From Candidatus Latescibacterota bacterium (GTDB lineage: Bacteria; Latescibacterota; UBA2968; UBA8231), in the NCBI GenBank assembly GCA_965223905.1, contig CBDCXV010000002.1:416001-480000 (forward strand): a DNA stretch of 64,000 nt. The letters are read 5' to 3'. Below the pieces are notes generated by a model. That model was not told the origin of the DNA. It made no database searches and worked only from the letters and a program-made list of their open reading frames with translations. Position 1 is the first letter of the stretch. Every line of letters starts with the position of its first letter. Below, in pieces: positions 49,184 to 60,425 of this stretch. A program made the position numbers and the translations under genes.

Positions 49184-50008
49184 ATGGATTTCTTTCAACT
49201 AACCGAGGCTCAACGCCGGGGCATGGATACGGATGGTTTTCTAGTTATCCCGCAAGCTATCGATGCCGAGACTGTCGCCGGAATGACTGAAGCAGCGGAC
49301 CGAATAATGGCATCATTCACGGACGATCCGAAAAGGGGCTATCTGCAACTTCGAGAAGGTATCGTTCAGGAAGAAGCTTTCGACCCGCTCATCTCAAACC
49401 CGGCTACCGTTTCCCGGGTCGTTCAGTTGCTCAGTCCCAATATCCATCTCCACACAGCTTCGCTTCTCTACAAGAAGCCCCAACCTCCTGACACAACGCC
49501 CGCCTCCCGCGGCTGGCACCGCGACATCGGTATTGCAGAAGACCTTGGACATCAAGGTCTGCCGCGAATTGGAATAAAGGTCTGCTACTGTTTGACGGAC
49601 TTTCCAGAGCCTGATTCCGGTATGACCTTGATGGCACGCGGAAGCCACCTGAACGGCGGGCCGTTGGCAATTCCCAAGGGCGAGCCCGACCCGCCGACAG
49701 TGGTCGATCCGTGTTTGCGCGCCGGGGATGCCGTCTTGTTTGAAAACCGTACGTTCCACACTGCAGCGCCCAATCTGAGCGATTCCACCTCAAAGGCGAT
49801 AATCTACGGTTACGCCTATCGGTGGATGAAGGTCGATGTCAACCTCGATTCACCGGATGAACGGGTACTGGAACGGGTAGACGACGATATCGACAGACAG
49901 CTATTAGGTGCATACCGGGATGTCGATACATCGTCCCAAGCCCTGATAGACTGGGCGGAACACTACGGTGTCAGTCCGGAACGCATGCCTTGGGTTGTCG
50001 AGGTGTAA
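49184..50008 (+). CDS. PhyH-family Fe/2OG dioxygenase
   Basis: AGGAGG RBS; WHRD, GSH, AGDAVLFENRTFH. Confidence 0.9.
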   Translation: MDFFQLTEAQRRGMDTDGFLVIPQAIDAETVAGMTEAADRIMASFTDDPKRGYLQLREGIVQEEAFDPLISNPATVSRVVQLLSPNIHLHTASLLYKKPQPPDTTPASRGWHRDIGIAEDLGHQGLPRIGIKVCYCLTDFPEPDSGMTLMARGSHLNGGPLAIPKGEPDPPTVVDPCLRAGDAVLFENRTFHTAAPNLSDSTSKAIIYGYAYRWMKVDVNLDSPDERVLERVDDDIDRQLLGAYRDVDTSSQALIDWAEHYGVSPERMPWVVEV

Positions 50009-50027
50009 AAAACCTACTTGATCGATT

Positions 50028-50190
50028 TCGGAACACTGGGGCCAGTACGGGCCTGGCGCGGTCGGCGTCGGCTGGGAACTGGGGCTCATGGGACTCGCGA
50101 TCCATCTCGCGCAACCGACCGGGCCGAAGCCGGACGAAGCCGCTTTTGCCGCTTCACCGGACGGCAGGGGGTTCATCCGAATCGGCCGAG
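50028..50190 (+). pseudogene. Fragment of an SRPBCC/AHSA1-like gene
   Basis: EHWGQYGPGAVGVGWELGLMGLAIHL..FAASPDGRGF with no start. Confidence 0.45.
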
Positions 50191-50304
50191 CCTGCCTGAT
50201 GCACGAGCCCTTCGAGCGCGTTCAGCACAGAACTCCTGGAACGCGGCCGCGGCGTCGCTGATGTGCAAGACCGACTGGCCTGCTACCACCACGCTCGTGC
50301 AACG

Positions 50305-51342
50305 ATGTCGATCCTGACGGGAAGAGCCAGTGACTTCCTGAAGATCGCTGCGGCTGCCGCGGGGCGCGGCGACCTCCGGACGGTCCAGGATGTACTGGCG
50401 CTGAAGCCTGCCTGGATCCGCCGCGCAGGTTCCCACGGCCGCACCATGTTGTGGGAAGCCGCGTACCGGGGACGGCTCGCCATGGTCGATTTTCTGCTCG
50501 ACCGGGGCGCTGACATCGACGCCTGCGGCTGCCACTTCACGCCGCTGCTGGTCGAAATCTCCCCCTGCTGCGCCGCCCGTTACAAGCGACACCCCCCGGT
50601 CGCCGACCGTCTGCTGGAACGCGGTGCAGCGACCGATATCTACACCGCCGCTTTTCTCGGCGAAAGCGATGCGGTCGCCGACTGCCTGGACCGGCAACCG
50701 GGGCTGGCAACAGCCGAGAAAGCGCAGCACGATTCCAGCCGGCCCATGACGGTCCTTCACTACGCCGTCAGCGGCGGGCACCTTCCCATCGTCGCGATGC
50801 TGTTGGCGTGCGGCGCCGATCCGCGGCCGTACAGCGGCTGCCTGATCCGCTTTGCCGTATGGCGGGATCGCCCCGGCATCCTGAAAGCCCTGCTCGACGC
50901 CGGGGCGGATCCGACCCGGGCCGAGGTCCCTCGCGCCGGCATCGTCAATGCGGGAATCGTCGAACTGTTGGCCGCTCGCGGCGTCGCAGTGGATGTGGAC
51001 CACGCCGAGGGTGGTTGGCCGCCCCTTGTCTTTCAGTCGCGCGGCGACCGAGGCGGCAACGTCCAACGCGTCCGCGACCTGCTCGACCGGGGCGCCCATG
51101 TCAATGTCAGGAACCACAAGGGCCAGACCGCATTGCACTGTGCCGCCAAAGCGGGATTCGACCGAATCGTTGCCCTGCTGCTCGACCGGGGGGCCGAGGT
51201 GCACGCCAAGGACGACAACGGCGCAACGCCGCTGGCGATGGCCTTGCGCTCAAAGGTGAAAGACAAGGATCGGCTTGCGGTCGTCCTCCGCCTGCTCACC
51301 GAGGCAGGCGGCGATGACGGCGCTGACAACCCGAAGCGGTAG
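50305..51342 (+). CDS. Ankyrin-repeat protein
   Basis: GRTMLWEAA, TVLHYAV, GQTALHCAAKAG, GATPLAMA; LLDRGA repeats. Confidence 0.9.
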   Translation: MSILTGRASDFLKIAAAAAGRGDLRTVQDVLALKPAWIRRAGSHGRTMLWEAAYRGRLAMVDFLLDRGADIDACGCHFTPLLVEISPCCAARYKRHPPVADRLLERGAATDIYTAAFLGESDAVADCLDRQPGLATAEKAQHDSSRPMTVLHYAVSGGHLPIVAMLLACGADPRPYSGCLIRFAVWRDRPGILKALLDAGADPTRAEVPRAGIVNAGIVELLAARGVAVDVDHAEGGWPPLVFQSRGDRGGNVQRVRDLLDRGAHVNVRNHKGQTALHCAAKAGFDRIVALLLDRGAEVHAKDDNGATPLAMALRSKVKDKDRLAVVLRLLTEAGGDDGADNPKR

Positions 51343-51510
51343 GGCTGCTCCCTGCGTCATGGCCGGGCAGGGCGCAGGTCGCCGGATTCGTCCCCTTCCA
51401 TACCATCATCGCCTTGATTGAAGGCCAAAAAAGGGGCCTTATCTTCCTGGCACCTCGTTGGCGGCCCTGTTTGCGAGGTGTGTGGGGCGCGCCGAACCAT
51501 GGAGACTGAG

Positions 51511-52099
51511 ATGAACCTTACCCGAATTGGCCTGCTCGCCGCGGTTGGGAGCCTCGTGCCCGCCGCCGTCTGCGCGGGGCAATCGATCGATGACGCGAGG
51601 ACCGCTTTTTCAGAGGGCCGTTTTCTAGACGCGGCCGGTCTCGGCGAGGCGGTCGGGACTTCTGAAGGCTACGCCCTGCCGGTACGCGCAGACCATCGGC
51701 ACGATGAAGGCGCTTCGCGAAGGTATCGGGGGCAAGACCCGCGATTTGTTCGAAGCGACCCTTGCCCGCGATCCCGCCTTCGCCAGGGCCTATCTGGCCC
51801 TCGGCGGCTGGCACGCCGACATCGTTTCCCGTGCCGGACGCCTGATGGCCCGGGCCCTGTACGGGGCAACCCGGAAGAAGGCGGTGGAGAATCACGAACG
51901 TGCCCTGGTACTGGCACCGGAGTCGAAGGTGGTGCTGCTGGAGTATGCGCTCAGGCTCCCGGAGCTCGACCGCAAGGGGGGCAGGGAACGGGCCAGGGAA
52001 TTGCTGTCGAAGGCGGTCGAAATACCGGTGCGGGATGCCTACGACGGCTTCATCCAACAACGGATAGTGGCGGAACTGGCGGCCCTGGAGGCCGAATAG
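51511..52099 (+). pseudogene. Secreted TPR-like protein pseudogene (internal deletion/frameshift)
   Basis: Signal peptide and N-terminus in one frame, TPR-like C-terminus (51704-52099) in another. Confidence 0.6.
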
Positions 52100-52252
52100 C
52101 CCAAGCTGCCCGAGCTGCGGAAGTCACCGCGCTGCGTTGTGGCATTGCGCCGTGACATTCGAGGCCTTCGCCGGTAGGGGGCAGGCGCGCCCCTTCGCCT
52201 GAGCCGGCGTCGAGTTCGCCCCCGACCTGCCAGGTTCGTGCGCCAGGCTCCC

Positions 52253-53353
52253 CTAGGCCACCGCGTATTGCCGCAGGGCTTCCTGGTCGAAGGCCAGTCC
52301 CAGCCCGGGTTTGTCGGGAACCTCCAGGCAGCCCTCGATGAAATCGGGCGTTTCCTCCCACAGGCGCAGCGACCAGGGCATGTACTCCACCGTCAGGCCG
52401 TTGGGGATGGCCGCCATCAGCTGGATGTGGATCTCGGGCACCAGGTGGCTGACCACCGGCAGGTTGAAGGCCTCGGCCATCGCCGCCACCTTGCGCCACG
52501 GGGTGATTCCGCCGACTCGAAACAGGTCGATCATCACGATGTCCGCGGAGCCGTTCTCGATCATCTGCCGGAAGGGATTGATGCCGTAGACGTACTCCCC
52601 CGCGGCGATGGGGGTGAAAAGCGCGTCGGCGACCTTGGCCATGCCCTGGTAGTCGTCGTGGGCCACCACGTCTTCCAGCCAACAGAGGTGGTACTCCTCG
52701 ACACGGCGGCCCACGTCGATGGCCCGGTTGACGCTCCACGCCTGATTGATGTCGCACATCAGGTCGATGTCGTCCCCCACGGCATGGCGGAGCGTGCGGA
52801 TGCGCTCCACCTCGCGGCTGGCGGAAGCCTCGCCGCCCATCTGGGTCTTCATCTGGCGGAACCCCTTTTCCACCAGCATCGGCCCGATCTCGGCCAGGCG
52901 CTCGGCGCTTACCGGTCGCATCAGGGCGCCGCTGGCGTAGGTGGGGACGCGCCGGCGATAGCCGCCCAGCAGCGACGCCACCGATTGCCCCAGCGCCTTG
53001 CCCTTGATGTCCCAGAGAGCCATGTCCACCGCGGCCAGGGCCATCGCCAGCAACCCGCCGGGTCCGGCTCCCGAGGCAGCCTCCGTGAGCCGCTCCACGA
53101 TGCCCTCGATTTCCATGGGGTCCTCGCCGACGGTCATCCCGGCCAGTGCGTCCACCGACATCCGCAACGCCCCGTCGAGGGGACCGATCTGAAGGGCGGG
53201 AATGAAGGTGAGCCCGACGCCATCCACCCCTTCGTCGGTGGTCAATTCCAGCGTAACCATGGCCCGCCGCAGGCCGGTGTCGGGCAGGCTGTTGGCCAGA
53301 GGCTCATCCGCGGGAACGTGCACGAGGCGAGTCTGGAAACCGGCGATCTTCAT
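52253..53353 (-). CDS. Mandelate racemase/muconate lactonizing enzyme family protein
   Basis: AVDMALWDIKGK, KTQMG, LMCDINQ, WLED, AAGE, VSH. Confidence 0.92.
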   Translation of the reverse strand: MKIAGFQTRLVHVPADEPLANSLPDTGLRRAMVTLELTTDEGVDGVGLTFIPALQIGPLDGALRMSVDALAGMTVGEDPMEIEGIVERLTEAASGAGPGGLLAMALAAVDMALWDIKGKALGQSVASLLGGYRRRVPTYASGALMRPVSAERLAEIGPMLVEKGFRQMKTQMGGEASASREVERIRTLRHAVGDDIDLMCDINQAWSVNRAIDVGRRVEEYHLCWLEDVVAHDDYQGMAKVADALFTPIAAGEYVYGINPFRQMIENGSADIVMIDLFRVGGITPWRKVAAMAEAFNLPVVSHLVPEIHIQLMAAIPNGLTVEYMPWSLRLWEETPDFIEGCLEVPDKPGLGLAFDQEALRQYAVA

Positions 53354-53636
53354 GGCGTGCCTAATCGATTGGGGTCGGGAAACCGCCAGTGGCAGTCGGC
53401 ACACCTTTCGCCGGAGCCAAAAGACTCCGGGGATGCAACTTGCAGCGGCCGAGTTCCGGGTGTGCGCTGGCGCTTTCAAGGGAATAAGGGTAGTAATTCT
53501 TGAGCAAGGGTAGTAACAAGGGGATTTACTGATCCTGATTCACGGTCCCGACTGTTCCTGCGAGCATGGGGATTTGCCTGGCGTTCCCTGCCAAATACTC
53601 TGCCAGGCGTTCATCTTCAGACAGGATACAATGTAG

Positions 53637-55685
53637 ATGGCAGACGAGACCTACTCGGGCGTCCGGCCGATGGCGGTCAGCTCTGAGGGCATCAGCTTCG
53701 TGAAGAACATCATGACTCCCGCCCGGGACGGCACGAAGCTCGCCATGGACATTCACGTGCCGGCGGGGGAAGGCCCGTGGCCCGTGATCCTCACCTACAT
53801 CCCGTACCGCAAGGACGACCAGGAGCCGCTGGCAGGGATGCAGCACCATTGGGCGCGGCACGGCTACGTCGGCGCCCGCGTCGACTGCCGGGGCACCGGC
53901 TCCAGCGAAGGCTCCAACGACGATGAGTACCGCCCCGTGGAACACCGCGACGGCTACGACGTGATCGAGTGGATCGCCGGGCAGGACTGGTGCGACGGCA
54001 AGATCGCCATGACCGGCGGCTCCTACGGGGGGTTCTCCAGCGTGCAGGTCGCTGCCCTGACGCCCCCTCACCTGGAGACGATCATTCCCTGGAACTACAC
54101 CGACGACAGGTACACGGACGACTGCCACTACCGCGGCGGGGCCTGGCGCTGCTACTACGACATAGGCGCATACGGCTGCTCCATGATCGGCATGAACTCC
54201 ATGCCCCCCTATCCCGAGTACAGCGGCGACCGCTGGGCCGAGCTTTGGAAGGAGCACCTCGAGCAGAACGAACCTTACCTGCTCACCTGGCTGGCAAACC
54301 AGAAGGACGGGGAGTACTGGCGCACCGGCAGCATTCGGGGCCGCTACCACGAGATCGAGGCCCCGGCGCTGCTCATCGGAGGATGGCGCGACGGCTACTG
54401 CAACGCGCCGCTCAGAACGTCGCAGCACATGACCGCGCCGACCAAGGTGCTCATCGGCCCGTGGAACCACTCCGGCCCGGACTGCGAAACCCCCGGTCCG
54501 TCGCTGGCCCGCGAGCACCTGACCGTGCGGTGGTGCGACTACTGGCTCAAGGGAATGGACAACGGCATCATGGAGGAGCCGGCCATCAACGTCTACGTCC
54601 AGAGGTTCGACGTGCCGGACGCGGATCGCACGTACACCTCAGGCTACTGGCGCACGGAGCCGGCGTTCCCCGTTCCCGGCGGTCGTACGCACCGGCTCGA
54701 TCTCGGCAGCGACCTCACGCCGGACAACCCGGACATGACCCGCGACGGCTGCGAAGAGTACGAGTACAGGCCGTCCGTGGGCCTGGCGGGCGGTCTCTGG
54801 AGCGCGGGCGTGCCCTTTGGTCTGCCCGGCGACCAGCGCGTGGACGAGATCCACTCGGCGAACTACACCTCGGAGCCTCTGGACGAACCCCTGGAGATCA
54901 TCGGCATGGGCAAGGCGGTGATCCACGTCAGCTCCACGGCCCCCGTCATGGCGTTCGTGGCCCGGCTCTCGGACGTCGCGCCCGACGGCGCCAGCGCGCA
55001 GGTGACGATGGGCGTGCTGAACGGGACAAGGCGCAACTCGCACACGGACCCGGAGCCTATGGAGCCGGGAGAGATCTACGAGCTGCACGTCGACCTGGAC
55101 GCCACGGCGTGGAGATTCGAGCGCGGGCACAGGATCCGGCTCTCCATCAGCAGCGCGGACTTTCCCAACCTGTGGCCGACCCCTTACCGCGGAACGAACC
55201 GCGTATACCGGGACAGCGGACGCGAGTCGTACCTGGAACTGCCGGTCGTGCCGACCCGGGAAGCCCCCGCTGGAGAACTGCCGCCGGACGAAATGGAGTA
55301 CGAGCCTTCCGCGGCGCCGCAACGGTACCCGGAGGCTTCGCCCCGCGTGGTTCCCTGGGAGATTGCTCAGGACGTCATGAGGGACCGGACCGGTCTCAGG
55401 TTGCACCTCGTCAACGAAAGCAGGGCCAGCGCCGGCATGACCGTAAAGATGGAGTCCAGGCTGGAGGTGTGGACGAACAACCGCGACCCCGCGGACACTA
55501 CGGCAACAGGCCGGCACTTCAGGACCATCACCCGCACGGACGGGGTGATCAACGTGGACACCTCGGCGAACGTTCGCAGCACCCGGGACGCTTTTCACGT
55601 CTCCATCGAGCTGGAGGTTCGCATCGATGGCCTGACGCATCACCGGCGCAGCTGGGTCGATTCGTTCAACAGGGAACTGCTTTGA
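53637..55685 (+). CDS. CocE/NonD-family hydrolase
   Basis: ARDGTKLA, PYRK, GGSYGG nucleophile, IGGWRD, IGPWNH, RIRLSISSADFP. Confidence 0.92.
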   Translation: MADETYSGVRPMAVSSEGISFVKNIMTPARDGTKLAMDIHVPAGEGPWPVILTYIPYRKDDQEPLAGMQHHWARHGYVGARVDCRGTGSSEGSNDDEYRPVEHRDGYDVIEWIAGQDWCDGKIAMTGGSYGGFSSVQVAALTPPHLETIIPWNYTDDRYTDDCHYRGGAWRCYYDIGAYGCSMIGMNSMPPYPEYSGDRWAELWKEHLEQNEPYLLTWLANQKDGEYWRTGSIRGRYHEIEAPALLIGGWRDGYCNAPLRTSQHMTAPTKVLIGPWNHSGPDCETPGPSLAREHLTVRWCDYWLKGMDNGIMEEPAINVYVQRFDVPDADRTYTSGYWRTEPAFPVPGGRTHRLDLGSDLTPDNPDMTRDGCEEYEYRPSVGLAGGLWSAGVPFGLPGDQRVDEIHSANYTSEPLDEPLEIIGMGKAVIHVSSTAPVMAFVARLSDVAPDGASAQVTMGVLNGTRRNSHTDPEPMEPGEIYELHVDLDATAWRFERGHRIRLSISSADFPNLWPTPYRGTNRVYRDSGRESYLELPVVPTREAPAGELPPDEMEYEPSAAPQRYPEASPRVVPWEIAQDVMRDRTGLRLHLVNESRASAGMTVKMESRLEVWTNNRDPADTTATGRHFRTITRTDGVINVDTSANVRSTRDAFHVSIELEVRIDGLTHHRRSWVDSFNRELL

Positions 55686-55769
55686 CCGGCGAAAGCTCTC
55701 CCGGTGTGCTGTCAGCGGCAGGCTGGCGCGGTCAGGTATCTATCTTACCGAAAAAGGAATCCACGTATC

Positions 55770-56435
55770 ATGGCGGTAGAGGTAGGACAGATGGCGCCCA
55801 ACTTTGGCGTCTCGAGCTGGGTGCAGGGAGCTCCGACCAACTTCGACCAGGAGAGGGGCCACATCGTGGTGCTGGAGGTCTTCCAGGTCAACTGTCCCGG
55901 ATGCTTCCTGTATGCCATACCTGACGCGATACGCCTGTACCACAAGTACAGGAACGACGGGGTGCGCGTCCTGGGACTGGCCACCGCCTTTGAGGACTAT
56001 GACAAGAACACGCTCGACAACCTCAGGTTGCTGGCTGAAACCGGCCAGGTGACAGGGGAGACCAGGAAGGCACTCGCAATGAGCGGGCAGCTGCAGGAGG
56101 GAGACAGGCTGCCCTACGAGATCCCGTTTCCGCTCGGGATGGACCATCTTGCGAGGATGTCCGGCGAGCCCGGCCACGAAGCGATAATGGGCGTGATATA
56201 CCCCCGGATACCCGACTTCGACTCGCAGCCCGGGAACTACAGGATGCAGCTCATTCAGAGGGTGAAGGACTATCTGAGGGCCAGGGAATATTCGGCCGAG
56301 ACGTTTGAGAAGTTCGCCCTGCGCGGAACCCCGTCTACCATACTGGTCGACCGCAAGGGAGTTCTCCGGGACGTCTCTTTCGGCCAGACGGGCCACTTGG
56401 ACGGAATGATCCAAAGGATCCTCGCCGAGGACTGA
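55770..56435 (+). CDS. Thioredoxin-fold (TlpA/redoxin) protein
   Basis: FQVNCPGC, GTPSTILVDRKG. Confidence 0.85.
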   Translation: MAVEVGQMAPNFGVSSWVQGAPTNFDQERGHIVVLEVFQVNCPGCFLYAIPDAIRLYHKYRNDGVRVLGLATAFEDYDKNTLDNLRLLAETGQVTGETRKALAMSGQLQEGDRLPYEIPFPLGMDHLARMSGEPGHEAIMGVIYPRIPDFDSQPGNYRMQLIQRVKDYLRAREYSAETFEKFALRGTPSTILVDRKGVLRDVSFGQTGHLDGMIQRILAED

Positions 56436-56557
56436 ATCAGCAGGCCGGGACGAGCGCAAGGTGCCAGATACCCGGCACTGGTCATCGGTCGGATTTCATC
56501 CCGGTCTGGCTCCCCGGTGGAACCACGGTCGACAACTGATGGGAGGTCGGAATCGCC

Positions 56558-57394
56558 ATGAACAACACTGAAAAGTTCCTCTTCGACCTGCAGGGCTTCA
56601 TCGTCGTCCGCGAGTTCCTCTCGCAGGGCGAAGTCAAAGCCCTCAACGACGCTTTCGACGCCAACTGGGACAAGCGCCGCGAAGACCCAATCGGCGACCC
56701 CAGCGGCAACATGGCCGGGCTGGACAAGCGCGGCATCTTCACCGGCATGCTCACCTGGGAGCAGCCCCATTGCCAGCCATTCCGCGACCTGCTCGCGCAC
56801 CGCAAGCTCCTGCCCTACCTCGACACCCTGCACGGACGCGGCTGGAAGCTCGACCACGAGCCGCTCATGATTACCGGTTCCAGGGGTATCGAAGGCCTGC
56901 GCATTCACGGAACCACCAACGTCCTCTTCAACGGCTCCCGCTTCTACGCGTACTCCAACGGCCAGATGCGCTGCGGCCTTCTCGTCGTCCAGTACACTTT
57001 GCACGACCAGAGCCCCGGCGACGGCGGCCTCTGCGTCATTCCTGGCAGCCACAAGGCGAACTTCAGCTGCCCTCCGAGAATCACGACATGGGAGGAGCAC
57101 CCGGAGATCGTTTACCAAGTGCCTCTGAAGGCCGGCGACATGGTCATCTTCAGCGAGAACACCTTGCACGGCACTCTGCCGTGGCAGGCAGACCACGACC
57201 GCCGCGCCCTGCTCTACCGGTACACGCCGAAGTACCTGCACTACGACGGCGGCACGTACGAGGTCACCCAGCCGGAATGGGTGTCGGAACTGACCGAGGC
57301 CCAGCAGGCGGTGCTCGAGCCCCCCTACATCTACCATCACCCACTTATCGAACTCGATGGCGAAGCAGTGGTCCGCCCACGCCGCGAGGATTAG
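56558..57394 (+). CDS. PhyH-family Fe/2OG enzyme
   Basis: FDLQGFIVV, DGGLCVIPGSHK, AGDMVIFSENTLHG, RR; first motif HGT. Confidence 0.88.
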   Translation: MNNTEKFLFDLQGFIVVREFLSQGEVKALNDAFDANWDKRREDPIGDPSGNMAGLDKRGIFTGMLTWEQPHCQPFRDLLAHRKLLPYLDTLHGRGWKLDHEPLMITGSRGIEGLRIHGTTNVLFNGSRFYAYSNGQMRCGLLVVQYTLHDQSPGDGGLCVIPGSHKANFSCPPRITTWEEHPEIVYQVPLKAGDMVIFSENTLHGTLPWQADHDRRALLYRYTPKYLHYDGGTYEVTQPEWVSELTEAQQAVLEPPYIYHHPLIELDGEAVVRPRRED

Positions 57395-57474
57395 CTCGCG
57401 GTCAGTCACAAAATTCCGTACTTGAACCATTCATGGATGTCGTCTAAACCTTTTCGCTATAGGAGATTTATAAT

Positions 57475-58950
57475 TCAAAGCACTTCCCCGGACACCACCT
57501 CTTCAATGCGGGCGACCACCGCTGGAACATCGAAAACATTATCAGGTCGACTCGCCATCCGGCCGTCCGGGCCCACCAGGAAATAGGAGGGTATGCTCCG
57601 GACCAGGTACAACTGAGCAACCTCCGCCTGCCATCCGCCCGGGGCGTGGACGTGGACGCCGGTCACCCCGTGCTCATCGACCGCCCGGTGCCACTCGTCG
57701 GCGGGGTCCAGAGAGAGATTCAGAAAGACCACCTTCTGGTCCCGGGTCCGCTGTTTGATCTCTTCCAGATGGGGTACTGCCTCGATGCACGGGCCGCACC
57801 AACTCGCCCAGAAGTCCAGGAAAACCGTCTGGCCTATGAAATCGCTCAGGGAGACGCTTTTGCCCTGGAGATCCTCGAGGGTGAAGGCTGGCGCCGGCTC
57901 CCCGGGTTTGAGCCTGGCTGTTTCCCGCACGACCTCCTCTACGGCCTCGGTGTATTCGGGATAGGGGTTGTCCTGGAGGAATTCGGCAAGGCGTTGTTCG
58001 CCCTGGTCAAAACGGCCCTCCTGCAAATCCTCAATGATTTCACCGGCGAGAAAGAAGAACAGGACTCTGCCGTGCAAGAGCCGCTTGGCCAAGTGGTAGC
58101 TGATGTTGTGGGGTTGAATCAAGTCTCCTCGGCGTTGGTTTTCCTCCAACCGTACAATGAAGTCCGGCAGATACGTGATGGTGTGGGGTTGGATAAAGGC
58201 TCGGCGTTGCTCCTCGGAAATTTGCTCCCGGAAGGCCCGTGTCTCGGCTTCCTCTTCCATGCGCCAGAAATTGCGCTCCAGATAGATGCGATAATGGGTT
58301 GTTCCGATGGCCGCTTCGTCAACCAGTTCAACTGGATCGAGGATGTCGTAATAGTCCGCGGGGAGGCCCTCGTTCCTGTTTCCATTGGCGATCATGTAAT
58401 CAGTGGGATAGGAGACCACGAAATTGGCCCACTCATAGGTTATCTCAGCGCGGTAGTAGGCGATAAACCCCGGCGTTAGTCGGTACTGGCTGCAACCCTC
58501 GTCCAGGAAGCGCTCCAATTCCGAGCGCCGCTGGTCGACTATTCGGCGAAAGGCGTCGGCTTCCAGGTCCTTGTAGTCGATGCGCAGGTTATCGGGGAAG
58601 CGAGCCCTCAGGGCGGCGAGGAACTGGTTGTTGCCGGCCCCCTTGCCGGAGAAGCGGAGGGACCGGGGCAGGTCGAGCACGTCCGCCTCGATATGCAACT
58701 GGTCGCCCGGTTCCAGGAAAAGCTTGACCTCCTCGGGGCCGACCGAGACCATTCGCGCTTCGGTAAGCGGCAGCTCCACCGCGAGGCAGCCCTCTTCGTC
58801 GATGGGGGCTTCGAACCTGACGGGCTTGTGGTAGACAGGCGTTTGCTGGTAGCTGCCGAAAATGCTTTGGCCCTCCGGAGCATTGGCGAGCCTGGCGGTG
58901 ACGCGAGTCGAGGGCGGGGGCATGGAAGTCTCCTGCCGTTTGTCGGCCAT
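57475..58950 (-). CDS. TlpA disulfide reductase family protein with N-terminal extension
   Basis: FLDFWASWCGPC, SIPSYFLVGPDG; LFLEPGD N-terminal domain; no signal peptide seen. Confidence 0.85.
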   Translation of the reverse strand: MADKRQETSMPPPSTRVTARLANAPEGQSIFGSYQQTPVYHKPVRFEAPIDEEGCLAVELPLTEARMVSVGPEEVKLFLEPGDQLHIEADVLDLPRSLRFSGKGAGNNQFLAALRARFPDNLRIDYKDLEADAFRRIVDQRRSELERFLDEGCSQYRLTPGFIAYYRAEITYEWANFVVSYPTDYMIANGNRNEGLPADYYDILDPVELVDEAAIGTTHYRIYLERNFWRMEEEAETRAFREQISEEQRRAFIQPHTITYLPDFIVRLEENQRRGDLIQPHNISYHLAKRLLHGRVLFFFLAGEIIEDLQEGRFDQGEQRLAEFLQDNPYPEYTEAVEEVVRETARLKPGEPAPAFTLEDLQGKSVSLSDFIGQTVFLDFWASWCGPCIEAVPHLEEIKQRTRDQKVVFLNLSLDPADEWHRAVDEHGVTGVHVHAPGGWQAEVAQLYLVRSIPSYFLVGPDGRMASRPDNVFDVPAVVARIEEVVSGEVL

Positions 58951-59068
58951 TCATCGGCGCATGGTGGCGCGGTCCCCGGAGCTTGACCGAGGATGGATAA
59001 CGTTTCCTATTGTGCAGGAATCCGGACCTGAGATTCGAACCCAAAACATCAACATGGGAGATGATCTG

Positions 59069-59881
59069 ATGCAGACGAGTTTTTCCGGTTTTTTAATGGC
59101 ATTGCTTCTCAGTCTTGGTCTGACGGCCTGCGGAGAAAGCGAGCTGGAGAAACAGAGACGGGAATACAACCAGAAGATTGAGGAGGCCGCTGCCCGCATC
59201 GAATCGCTCCATTTCGAGGTGGGCGGTTCCCAGACCCAGCTCGTCACCTTGCAGGCCAAACTCGACAGCCTCGACAAGTTCGAGATGCTCCTGCAGGAGA
59301 AGAACCAGCAACTCCGGAAGGAAGTGAAGAAATACCGCTCCATGGCCGAGAAACGCCGCCGCATGAACGTGGAGTTGCAGGAGGCGATCAGCCTGCTGCA
59401 GGGGGAGAAGGAGGCCGACGCAGCGCAAATCGACCGGCTGATCGTCGCGTCGGACAGCCTTACCGCGGCCCTGCGCGAGCAGAGAGACCTCACCTGGAAA
59501 CTGTCAGAGGAGCTGGAGGATGCCAACAGGAAAATCGAAAGAACGGAAGCGGAGCTCGACCAGGCGAAAAACACGGTGCGCGTGGTGGTGGGCACCGAGG
59601 ATCGCCTGAAGGAGGAGGGGTTTCTGGAGACGGGACGCCGCTTCTTCCGCAAAGGGTACAAGCTGGTCCAGAAACCTGGGGACGAATACCAGGTCAAATT
59701 CCTGGCTATCGGTGAGCGACTTACCCTGAATCCCGATCAGAAGCTGAAGGAGCTGATCGGCCGTTCGGGCAAGCTGAAGAAAGAGAAGGACTATATGGTG
59801 GAGGTGAGCGACGGCGTCACCCAGGTCACCATCGTCAACGACATCCTGAAAGGAGAGGCGGTGCTGGTGGTGGTCGAGTGA
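59069..59881 (+). CDS. Coiled-coil lipoprotein
   Basis: LGLTAC lipobox; long heptad-rich E/K/Q segment. Confidence 0.75.
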   Translation: MQTSFSGFLMALLLSLGLTACGESELEKQRREYNQKIEEAAARIESLHFEVGGSQTQLVTLQAKLDSLDKFEMLLQEKNQQLRKEVKKYRSMAEKRRRMNVELQEAISLLQGEKEADAAQIDRLIVASDSLTAALREQRDLTWKLSEELEDANRKIERTEAELDQAKNTVRVVVGTEDRLKEEGFLETGRRFFRKGYKLVQKPGDEYQVKFLAIGERLTLNPDQKLKELIGRSGKLKKEKDYMVEVSDGVTQVTIVNDILKGEAVLVVVE

Positions 59882-59989
59882 CGCCAGGCTCTCAAGAGAG
59901 CGCGACTGCCCCGATGCGTGTCCGGGGGCGCTCCCTGGGTTCCAGCGCTTCGCACGTCCGGTTTCATCGGGGACAGCGAGACCCTCGTC

Positions 59990-60322
59990 ATGAGGTTTGA
60001 AGCCGCCGAGGGCTCGAGCCCCGACCACCGCCCCGCAGGAGGGTTCGGAGCGGTGGAGGTCCTCGCCGAGGCCATCGAAGCGGCGGTGGCCGCGACCGGG
60101 AAGCCGGATCCGGCCGCAATCCGCGACCACCTCTTCGCCCTCGAGACCGAGACCGTGTTGGGTCCGTTCAGCGTCTTCCCTCTCGGCGATCCCCAAGCCG
60201 GCGCCCAGCGCGCGCTCAAGGGCGTCCAGATCCAGTGGCAGGACGACGGGGAGGGCGGGCTCGCCCTGCGCATCATCCACCCGGAAACTGTCGCCGAGGC
60301 GCCCCCCTGCTTCATGCGCTGA
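59990..60322 (+). pseudogene. C-terminal fragment of a branched-chain amino acid ABC substrate-binding protein
   Basis: AVEVLAEAIEAA..DPAAIRDHL..TETVLG.F..IQWQ. Confidence 0.65.
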
Positions 60323-60425
60323 CCTGGCCGCGCGGCGCAGGCCTCCGGGGTTGCGCGTCCTCGCCTGCAAACACCCGATCCGTGGCCGACACCGCACCAT
60401 TGGGAGTTCCCCCAGGAGATATCGC

